64,000 nucleotides of DNA from Synergistota bacterium (GTDB lineage Bacteria; Synergistota; Synergistia; Synergistales; Synergistaceae): positions 8,219-72,218 of the forward strand of contig JAEXGR010000026.1 in the NCBI GenBank assembly GCA_023450745.1, written 5' to 3'. This document shows positions 56,654-64,000 of this stretch, one piece after another (within the stretch, counting starts at the first letter, position 1; the number at the start of each line of letters is the position of its first letter). Made by a program: the position numbers and the translations under genes. A model generated the notes under the pieces. The model worked only from the letters and a program-made list of their open reading frames with translations, made no database searches and was not told where the DNA came from.

Positions 56654-57964
56654 ATGAAAGCCATACATTACATAAACCAGTTCTTTGGACAGGTCGGCGG
56701 CGAGGACGCGGCGGACAGCAAGCCGATCTTCCACGACGGCCTCATCGGCTGCTCGCTGATGCTCAATCAGATGATGCCGAACGTCGAAGTGACGAACACC
56801 TTCGTCTGCGGCGACAACTACATCACGAACCATACGGACGAGGCGCTCGCGGAGATATTCGCCTGGCTCGACACCAAACAGTTCGACATCTTTTTCGCCG
56901 GTCCCGCGTTCATGGCTGGCCGTTACGGCGTGGGCTGCGGCCTCGTCTGCAAGGCGGTCGCGGAGCGCTACAATGTTCCCGTCATTACCTCGATGAACGA
57001 GGAAAACCCCGGCGTCGCCGAGTATAAGGGCGACTGCGTGATCTTCCGGGGCGGACGCAAGGCGACCTTCATGAAGGACGACCTGACACTAATGGCCAAG
57101 TACGCCGAAAAGATCGCCAAGGGCGAAACGCTGCTTCCCGCCGCCGAAGAGGGATATTTCCCGCGCGGCATTCGCAGCGAGATTCCCGCTCCCGGCGGCG
57201 TGATGGCGGCGGACCGCGTCATCGACATGCTGCTCAAGAAACTGGGCGGCGAGCCGTTCCAGACGGAGCTTGTCATTCCGAAGACCGACAAGATCCCGCC
57301 CGCGCCCGCGGTGAAGGACCTCAGCAAGTGCACGATCGCGCTCGTCTCCTCCAGCGGCGTCGTGCCCTCGGACAACCCCGACCGCATACAGAGCGCCTCC
57401 GCCCAGAAGTGGGGCAAATACAACATCGCCGGCAAAGACTGCCTGCCGGCCGGCGAGTACAAGACGATTCACGCCGGCTTTGACCCGGAGGCGATGTGCG
57501 CCGTTCCCGACCGCGGCATCCCCGTCGACGCGATGCGCGCCTATGAGAAAGAGGGCAAATTCGCGAAGCTCCACGACTACTTCTACGTGACGGTCGGCAC
57601 CGGCACGACGCAGAACTACGCGGCGAAGTTTGGCAAGGAAATCGCCGCCGAGCTGAAACAGGCGAAGGTTGACGCCGTGGTCCTCACCGCTACCTGAGGC
57701 ACCTGTACTCGTTGCGGTGCAACGATGGCCAAAGAAATAGAACGCGCCGGTTTCCCCGTAGTCGTCATGTGCAACCTGATCGACGTCGCGAAGACGGTCG
57801 GTTCAAACAGAATCGTCCCGACAGTTTCGGTCCCCTATCCCCTCGGCGATCCCACCCTCTCCAAAGATGAAGAATGGGCGCTCCGCTATCACAGGGTCGG
57901 CGTAGCGCTTGATTCGCTCGCCAAAGAAATAGAAGCCCCTGAGGTATTTAAAGTAAGCATCTAA
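56654..57964 (+). CDS. grdH: Reductase component B selenoprotein (436 aa, Sec at 57695-57697), betaine (GrdH)-type
   Basis: HYINQFFGQVGGE, CGDNY, GPAF.AGRYG; in-frame TGA gives LTAT-U-GTCTRCGATMAKEIE, joining ORFs 56654-57697 and 57725-57964. Confidence 0.88.
57709..57725 (+). promoter_or_regulatory. Bacterial SECIS hairpin
   Basis: TCGTTGC-GGT-GCAACGA, a perfect 7-bp stem starting after an 11-nt spacer from the TGA. Confidence 0.75.
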
Positions 57965-58049
57965 TATAAATAACAGCCGGAAGAAGGGCGAAGCGTTATC
58001 GTTCCGCTTTTCTTCCGGCCTGACTGTTGCGAAAGGAAATCTTCCCGCT

Positions 58050-59558
58050 ATGACTGAAAATAATAGCTCGTCCAAGAGCAATACCGTCTATATCGTTTCG
58101 ATCGCCATCACCCTGGCGGTCGTCCTTTGGGGATTAGTTTCGCCGCAAAGTTTCGGCGATTTCGCAAAAGCCCTCAACGGCGGCCTCACAAAATATTATG
58201 GCTGGGGCTACATGCTGACGATGAATATATTCGTCATTTTCTGCATCGCCATTGCCTGCAGCCGTTTCGGCAGCGTCAGGCTGGGCCCGGAGGAGTCACG
58301 TCCGGAATACAGCAACATGTCATGGTTCGCGATGCTTTTTTCCGCCGGCATGGGCGTGGGACTAGTCTTCTACGGGGCGGCGGAGCCGCTCTTCCACTTC
58401 GGTTCGACCCCCTTCGGCGCCGAGCCCGGCTCCGTGCAGGCGGCGAGAGACGCGATGCAGATATCGTTCTTCCATTGGGGGCTGCATCCGTGGGCGGGGT
58501 ATTCCGTCATCGCGATGCCGCTCGCCTATTATCAGTTCCGTCATAATACTCCGGGATTGATCAGTTCCATCTTCATTCCGCTCGTCGGCGAGGAAAAGGT
58601 CCGCGGAGCCTTCGGGAAAACCGTCGATGTTCTCGCGATATTCGCCACGCTGGCGGGGATTACGACGTCGCTGGGGCTGGGCACGCTGCAGCTTAACAGC
58701 GGCCTGAACGCCATCTTCAATATCCCCAAAGAGACCTTGATTCAGGTGATCATCATCGCCTTTCTCGCGGTGCTTTATACCGGCTCGGCGGCGCTGGGCA
58801 TAGAGAAAGGGATCAAAATAGTGGCGGACTTCAACCTCTGGATCTGCCTGCTGCTGATGGCGTCGCTCTTTGTCGTCGGACCGACGCTTCCCATCGTAAA
58901 CTCCCTTATGACCGGTATCGGCGACTTCCTCAGCGGCCTTGTCAGCGAGAGCTTTACCCTCGCGCCCTATGGCGGCGAGTATCAGTCTTTCCTTGACAGC
59001 TGGACCCTCTACTATTGGGCCTGGTGGATTGCCTGGGCGCCCTTTGTCGGCTCTTTTGTGGCGAGAATATCCCGCGGCCGTACCGTCAGAGAGTTTGTCG
59101 CCGGCGTGCTTGTCGTACCGGCTCTCGGCAGCTTCACTTGGTTTGCCATCTTCGGCACCTCGGCGCTGCACCTTGAACTCGTCGATAAGATCGCCGTCTC
59201 CGCAAACGTCCTCAAGGACGTCTCGGTGGGGATCTTCGAGATGTACAGCCATTATCCGCTGGGGCAGCTGATGTCGGCCGTCATGCTTGTGCTGATCGTC
59301 ACCTTCTTCGTCACCTCGGCGAACTCGGCCACCTTCGTGCTTGCCATGTACTCCACCGGCGGCGACCTTAACCCGCCTAAAAACAAGATGGTCGTCTGGG
59401 GCGTCCTTATGGGCGCGCTTGCCGTGGTCCTGCTTCTCACCGGCGGCCTCCAGAACCTTCAGACCATTTCGCTGGCGGCGGCGATGCCCTTCTCTCTGAT
59501 CATGCTGTGCGCCTGCTGGTCGTTCGTCAAGGCGCTGATAAAGGGAGAAAAAGGGTAG
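58050..59558 (+). CDS. BCCT (betaine/carnitine/choline) transporter
   Basis: SWFAMLFSAGMGVGLVF, FHWGLHPW, WTLYYWAWWIAWAPFVGSFVARISRGRT. Confidence 0.95.
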   Translation: MTENNSSSKSNTVYIVSIAITLAVVLWGLVSPQSFGDFAKALNGGLTKYYGWGYMLTMNIFVIFCIAIACSRFGSVRLGPEESRPEYSNMSWFAMLFSAGMGVGLVFYGAAEPLFHFGSTPFGAEPGSVQAARDAMQISFFHWGLHPWAGYSVIAMPLAYYQFRHNTPGLISSIFIPLVGEEKVRGAFGKTVDVLAIFATLAGITTSLGLGTLQLNSGLNAIFNIPKETLIQVIIIAFLAVLYTGSAALGIEKGIKIVADFNLWICLLLMASLFVVGPTLPIVNSLMTGIGDFLSGLVSESFTLAPYGGEYQSFLDSWTLYYWAWWIAWAPFVGSFVARISRGRTVREFVAGVLVVPALGSFTWFAIFGTSALHLELVDKIAVSANVLKDVSVGIFEMYSHYPLGQLMSAVMLVLIVTFFVTSANSATFVLAMYSTGGDLNPPKNKMVVWGVLMGALAVVLLLTGGLQNLQTISLAAAMPFSLIMLCACWSFVKALIKGEKG

Positions 59559-59564
59559 GCTGAG

Positions 59565-60542
59565 ATGGAAAACGCGCTGCTTCTGTTTGAAGATAAATAT
59601 CCCTGCTGGGACGAGGAGACCTTTACGCTGGTCGGAGAGGACCCGGCGGCCCTCAGCAGACTGGCGGACGGCGGCCTGCTTGAGACGGCGGGCGGCGGAT
59701 ATATCTTGACGCCCAAAGGCGACGCGGAACGGCTGGAATACGCGCAAGAGCAGTACCTTCCCGCCTATCCGATCAAGCCCTTCGATCCCGCCGGGGCGCT
59801 TTGGAACAACAGGCTTTACCTTCTCATGGAGCGCGCCTTTATCGGACAGTTTGGGGTAAAAGAATACTCGGTAAACGAGAGCCTGCCGGTCTTTCCCAAA
59901 CTTTCCCGTAACGAGCTGTGGAAAGAGGAGAAGGGGCGCGTGCGGTATCTGTGGCCCGAGCACCCGCTGGTGAAAAATTTTCTGGAACGTTTCCCCCAAT
60001 GGGGCGTCGCCGCGAGGCAGAGCGCCGTTCCCGGAGACGCCGCCATGTGGAAGTGGGCGGGGGAAAGCGGCGCGGAATTTTGTATCCAGCGCTTTAACCT
60101 GATCCTCAGAAGCCGTTATGATTTTGAGCTGTACCGCAAAACGCCTCACCTGCCGGAGGATATCTTCTACATGAAGGACGCCGACCGCCTCTTCTTCCTG
60201 CGGACCTCGGACAAAAGTCCCGAGGAGATATACGACGCCATCGGTTATCTGCACCTTTTCATGCTGGGGCAGCGCCGCGTCTATATCCCCGGATACGCCG
60301 ATATCGACTCGCATGAACAGGAAAACTGGACGATGCTCGTGCTGGCGGCCGATACGGAGGAGGAGCTGGCCGCGGTCTATCAGCGCTATGTTCTTGACGG
60401 TAAAAACCTGATCGAACCGGCAAACCCGCTCTTTATCATCGGCACCAGCGTCGAACGCCTGCGCCGGCAGAGCGAGCCGGAGGCTACCGTGTATGACTGG
60501 TTCTGCGATAAGAGCCTGCACATTGTCAGGCCGGACGCTTGA
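59565..60542 (+). CDS. Hypothetical protein (325 aa)
   Basis: Starts 6 bp after the BCCT stop, codon usage like its neighbours; no family recognised. Confidence 0.75.
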   Translation: MENALLLFEDKYPCWDEETFTLVGEDPAALSRLADGGLLETAGGGYILTPKGDAERLEYAQEQYLPAYPIKPFDPAGALWNNRLYLLMERAFIGQFGVKEYSVNESLPVFPKLSRNELWKEEKGRVRYLWPEHPLVKNFLERFPQWGVAARQSAVPGDAAMWKWAGESGAEFCIQRFNLILRSRYDFELYRKTPHLPEDIFYMKDADRLFFLRTSDKSPEEIYDAIGYLHLFMLGQRRVYIPGYADIDSHEQENWTMLVLAADTEEELAAVYQRYVLDGKNLIEPANPLFIIGTSVERLRRQSEPEATVYDWFCDKSLHIVRPDA

Positions 60543-60651
60543 GGTCCGAAAAAGACAGAGGCGCTGAGCAAGCAAAGCGGCGGCCGTCAAAGGCATGCGC
60601 GGCGAGTATTCCCCAAAGCCCCCGGATTAACTGATCCAGCCCTTCGTTCCA

Positions 60652-60692
60652 GCCGCCGCTGTCGTCGGATAGCGGCGGCCTTTGCTTTTTTT
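60652..60692 (+). terminator. Intrinsic terminator
   Basis: gccgccgct / agcggcggc stem followed by a T-rich tract. Confidence 0.7.
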
Positions 60693-60765
60693 CTCCCGGG
60701 CAAGATAAATGCCGGTCTTTTATTTGAGGTATAATAAAAAAATAATATTGACGGACGGTAGAGAT

Positions 60766-61881
60766 ATGGTAAAAAATAATTTTTTTGAGGAAATTTTCTT
60801 TGAGCAGACATTCAACCCGATCGCGCTCTACAAAATAGAACCGGATATCGGAGAACGCGGGGCAGATGCGGTTCGCTATATAGATGTCAACAGCGCCTAT
60901 GAAGAAGTAAACCGAGTCCGCCGCGAAGACGTTGTGGGAAAGACCTTCCGCGAGGTATGGCCGTCCGTTGAGTCGTGCTGGTCGGAGATCATCGAACGCT
61001 GCGCGACGGAGAAGCGCGCCGTTCGCTGCGAGAGCGAAAGCGCCTACATCGGCAAATATCTGGAAGCGATCGCCTTTCCGTTGGCGAGCGACAAGGTGAC
61101 CACGATCTTTCTTGACCGGACGGAGCTGAAAAAATCAGAGGAACAACTTAAAGAAAAACAAAAGAAGCTCCTCGAATACCGCTCACGGCTGCGCGAGCTC
61201 GCCACCAAACTGACGATCAGCGAAGAGGCGACGCGCCGCGAAATAGCGACCGACCTGCATGACAGCATCGGCCATTCCCTGCTCTCGCTGCTGCTTGACC
61301 TGCGCAAACTGAAAGAAAACTATGAGCGTCCTAAAGAGGCGGAAGAGATCCTGGAAAATTCTATCGGCTCCGTAGAGCGCATGATCGTGGAGAGCCGGCA
61401 GCTCATCTTTGAGCTGAGCCCGCCGATACTTCTCGAGGTGGGGATTACGCCGGCCCTTGAGGCGCTCGCGGACAATTTGTTGACGCCGAGGGGGATAAAA
61501 TGGAACGTATCCACCAGAGGAGACTTGAAGGAGTATTCCGCCGACGACGCCGTGTGCATAATCCTCTACCGCATGTCCCGCGAGCTGCTGGTAAACGTCA
61601 TCAAGCACGCGAGGGCCTCGTCCGTGCACATCAGCGTCAACAGAGGCCCAAGCAAGATACAGGTGGTGATCGAGGACGACGGGGTCGGCATGAGAAAAAA
61701 CTTCAAGCCGGGGCATGCCAATAAATCCGGCCTCGGGCTGTTCAGTATACATGAGCGCCTCCTGCATATCGGCGGGGACCTGCAGATAGTCTCCAATAAA
61801 TCCGGCACGACCATATCGCTGCTCGCGCCGCTTAAGCTGAAGAGCGGCGGCGCGGGAGAGAAAGGAGAGTTGTCCCTGTGA
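60766..61881 (+). CDS. PAS-domain sensor histidine kinase (HisKA_3, NarX/UhpB class)
   Basis: RREIATDLHDSIGH, ELLVNVIKHA, DDGVG, GLGLFSIHER; no TM segment seen. Confidence 0.9.
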   Translation: MVKNNFFEEIFFEQTFNPIALYKIEPDIGERGADAVRYIDVNSAYEEVNRVRREDVVGKTFREVWPSVESCWSEIIERCATEKRAVRCESESAYIGKYLEAIAFPLASDKVTTIFLDRTELKKSEEQLKEKQKKLLEYRSRLRELATKLTISEEATRREIATDLHDSIGHSLLSLLLDLRKLKENYERPKEAEEILENSIGSVERMIVESRQLIFELSPPILLEVGITPALEALADNLLTPRGIKWNVSTRGDLKEYSADDAVCIILYRMSRELLVNVIKHARASSVHISVNRGPSKIQVVIEDDGVGMRKNFKPGHANKSGLGLFSIHERLLHIGGDLQIVSNKSGTTISLLAPLKLKSGGAGEKGELSL

Positions 61882-62528
61882 TAAGAATATTTCTTGCCGA
61901 CGATCACGAACTCTTTCGCGAAGGCTTGAAAAGCCTCCTGAGCCGCGAGAGCGACATTGAAGTCTCCGGCTCGGCCGCCGACGGCGCGGAGGCCGTCGAG
62001 GCGGTGCTTCGCCTTAAGCCCGACGTCGTCCTGATGGATGTGACGATGCCCAATATGAACGGGATCGCCGCGACGGGAAAAATCTGCGAGTCGCTGCCGG
62101 GGATTGCCGTAATCGTCATCTCCATGCACAGCGACCGAAGGTTCATCGCCGAAAGCCTGAAGGCCGGGGCGAGGGGCTATGTCCTGAAAGAAAGTTCGCC
62201 GGAATTTGTGCTGGACGCCATCCGCACGGTGAACCGCGGCGATATCTACCTCGCTCCAAAGGCCTGTACGGTGCTTGTCGGGGACTACCTGCGGCTGCTG
62301 GCCAACGACGACACTCACAGCGCCAATCCGCTTTCAGAACGCGAAATGGAGGTCCTGCAGCTCCTCGTCAAAGGGCGCAACGGCAAGCAGATTGCCGACA
62401 CCCTCTCCATCAGCAAGAACACCGTCGACACCCATCGCCGCCGTATCATGGATAAACTCGGCTGCGAGAGCATGGCCGAGCTCACGAAGTATGCGATCCG
62501 CGAGGGGTTCCTCACTCTGGCAGATTGA
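61878..62528 (+). CDS. NarL/LuxR family response regulator
   Basis: LADDH, DVVLMDVTMP, GYVLK, LSEREMEVL...TVDTHR; GTGA overlap with the kinase. Confidence 0.94.
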   Translation: MIRIFLADDHELFREGLKSLLSRESDIEVSGSAADGAEAVEAVLRLKPDVVLMDVTMPNMNGIAATGKICESLPGIAVIVISMHSDRRFIAESLKAGARGYVLKESSPEFVLDAIRTVNRGDIYLAPKACTVLVGDYLRLLANDDTHSANPLSEREMEVLQLLVKGRNGKQIADTLSISKNTVDTHRRRIMDKLGCESMAELTKYAIREGFLTLAD

Positions 62529-62529
62529 A

Positions 62530-62646
62530 GTCTGAAAGGTTTGCCTGCGCAAACGGAGGACGGCGTCGGCCGGTGAACGCATCCGGCACTAGCCGCCCTC
62601 TATAGAGGTCTGTGAGGTTTGCTTACGCAAACAGAGGACGGCGTCG
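62530..62646 (+). repeat. Two 39-bp direct repeats (34/39 identical) 78 bp apart
   Basis: 62530-62568 and 62608-62646, each with GTTTGC-N4-GCAAAC. Confidence 0.8.
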
Positions 62647-62692
62647 AAATAGTTTATAATAGCGGCAGAAAAACGGAAGGTGCGTGTTGACG

Positions 62693-64000
62693 ATGCCGGT
62701 ATTGATCGGAATAGGGGCCCTGGCAGTTTTAGCGGGCATATATATCGTGATGTCGCTGTCCAGATTCCGCGAAAGCGCGGGCGCGATGGAGCAGGCGACG
62801 AGGGAGCTGCTCACGCGGCTGCAAAAGATGGAGGCGCGGCTCGACGATACGGAGGAGCGGCTGAATGCCGGCATCAGCGCGATGCGCAAAGAACAGCGCG
62901 AAGCGGCGGCCGAAGCGCGGGCCGAACAGGCGCGCGGAATTGATTCCTTTGGCGACGCGCAGGCCAAACGCATTAAAGAGATCGGCGACCTCCAGCGAGA
63001 GAGTTTTCAAAGTTTCTCCGCGCAGCTTGCGAGCCTGGGGGAGACCCAGGCGACGCGCATCAAAGAGATCGGCGGGCGGCAGGCCGAAAGTCTCGCGGTC
63101 TTCTCGAACCAGCTGACGAACATCAGCCGCCTTAACGAGGAAAAGCTCGAAGCGGTGCGCGCCGTGGTGGAAGAACGGCTGCGCGAGCTGCACAAAAGCA
63201 ACGAAGAAAAACTGGAAAAAATGCGCGCCACCGTCGACGAGCAGCTCCATTCGACGCTTGAAAAGCGGCTTGGCGAGGCCTTCACCAACGTCTCCGAGCG
63301 CCTGGAACAGGTACACAAAGGCCTCGGGGAGATGCGCGCCCTTACCTCAGACGTTGGCGACCTAAAAAAGGTGCTGACAAACGTCAAGGTGCGCGGCACC
63401 TGGGGAGAGATGCAGCTGCGGACGCTGCTCGAACAGCTTCTCACGAGGGAACAATACGCTGAAAACGTCGCTACTCGCCCCAATCAGAGCGAGCGCGTGG
63501 AATTTGCCGTAATCCTGCCTGGCGCCGACGACGAGAACGGCAAGGTCTGGCTGCCGATAGATTCAAAGTTTCCTCTGGAGGACTATCAGCGCCTCATCTC
63601 CGCCTCGGAGAACGGCGACGTCCCGCAGATAGCGGAACAGCAGAAGGCGCTGCGCCTTCGCGTACTCGAAGAGGCGAAGGCGATACGCGACAAGTACGTC
63701 GAGCCGCCCTTCACCACAGATTTCGGCATCCTCTATCTGCCGGTCGAAGGGCTCTACGCCGAGGTGCTGCGCATCGACGGCCTCTGCGAACAGCTCGCGC
63801 GCGATTTTCGCGTCGTTCCCGCGGGGCCGACCACCATCTGCGCGCTGCTCAACAGCCTGCAAATGGGCTTCCGCACCCTCGCGATCGAAAAACGTTCAAG
63901 CGAGGTCTGGGTGCTCCTCGGCAAGGTGAAGACCGAATTTGAAAAGTTCGGCGGCGTCCTTGAGCGGACCAGAAAAAAGATCGACGACGCCGGAAAAGAA
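62693..64000 (+). CDS. rmuC: DNA recombination protein RmuC (3'-partial; not in the ORF track)
   Basis: N-terminal TM, coiled coil, LTNVKVRGTWGEMQL, WLPIDSKFPLEDY, PPFTTDF, EGLYAE, LNSLQMGFRTLAIEKRSSEVW; frame runs to the window end. Confidence 0.92.
   Translation, partial: MPVLIGIGALAVLAGIYIVMSLSRFRESAGAMEQATRELLTRLQKMEARLDDTEERLNAGISAMRKEQREAAAEARAEQARGIDSFGDAQAKRIKEIGDLQRESFQSFSAQLASLGETQATRIKEIGGRQAESLAVFSNQLTNISRLNEEKLEAVRAVVEERLRELHKSNEEKLEKMRATVDEQLHSTLEKRLGEAFTNVSERLEQVHKGLGEMRALTSDVGDLKKVLTNVKVRGTWGEMQLRTLLEQLLTREQYAENVATRPNQSERVEFAVILPGADDENGKVWLPIDSKFPLEDYQRLISASENGDVPQIAEQQKALRLRVLEEAKAIRDKYVEPPFTTDFGILYLPVEGLYAEVLRIDGLCEQLARDFRVVPAGPTTICALLNSLQMGFRTLAIEKRSSEVWVLLGKVKTEFEKFGGVLERTRKKIDDAGKE

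Noticed and set aside
56654..57964. Nonsense-disrupted pseudogene
   Set aside because: The TGA is at the conserved Sec position and is followed by a SECIS-like hairpin.
58362..60596. 744-aa minus-strand ORF and similar long antisense ORFs (22194-23873, 33033-34682, 40549-42237, 51961-53385, 55338-56600)
   Set aside because: They lie opposite well-supported genes, have no recognisable motifs, and are expected shadows of GC-rich codon usage.
62530..62646. Possible mini-CRISPR (repeat-spacer-repeat)
   Set aside because: Only two repeats with five mismatches, no cas genes and no AT-rich leader.

Overview
A 64-kb, mostly GC-rich chromosomal window from an anaerobic diderm bacterium. The gene content (FadL outer-membrane protein, many prepilin paralogues, Firmicutes-like selenium reductase, adhE) suggests Synergistaceae (Cloacibacillus-like); this is inference only. 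In order it holds: a hybrid histidine kinase, an HTH-Fic gene and an NSS transporter; an AT-richer island with six class III signal peptide (type IV pilin-like) genes, a decayed TA pair and an AlbA_2/ATPase gene with an 11-bp internal repeat; Rrf2-fadL; pckA; a LacI-led peptide-type ABC operon whose binding protein is circularly permuted; thioesterase and CofE-like genes; a (GTCA)12 tract before cheBR and a large GGDEF/EAL gene; adhE-kinase-2Fe2S; ptsHI; a phosphate-themed cluster (two CYTH-like proteins, Ppx/GppA, TctCBA, Na/Pi cotransporter, PhoU) behind a promoter followed by two tandem terminators; pgm; abgT-amidohydrolase; a selenocysteine (UGA + SECIS) betaine-reductase-type grdIH with BCCT and an unknown gene; a two-component pair; and partial rmuC. 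Four intergenic regions (12.2, 14.8, 17.8, 24.6 kb) carry a nested family of non-coding elements: REP-like doublets, CAGGG-ended MITEs (one with a 10-bp target duplication), modules bounded by TAAA-TCGGCG-TTTA sites, and a 54-60-bp unit inserted at the same REP position twice. The best candidates for undescribed systems are the TTT/CYTH/Ppx cluster and this repeat hierarchy. No rRNA, tRNA, CRISPR array, transposase or recombinase gene was recognised.
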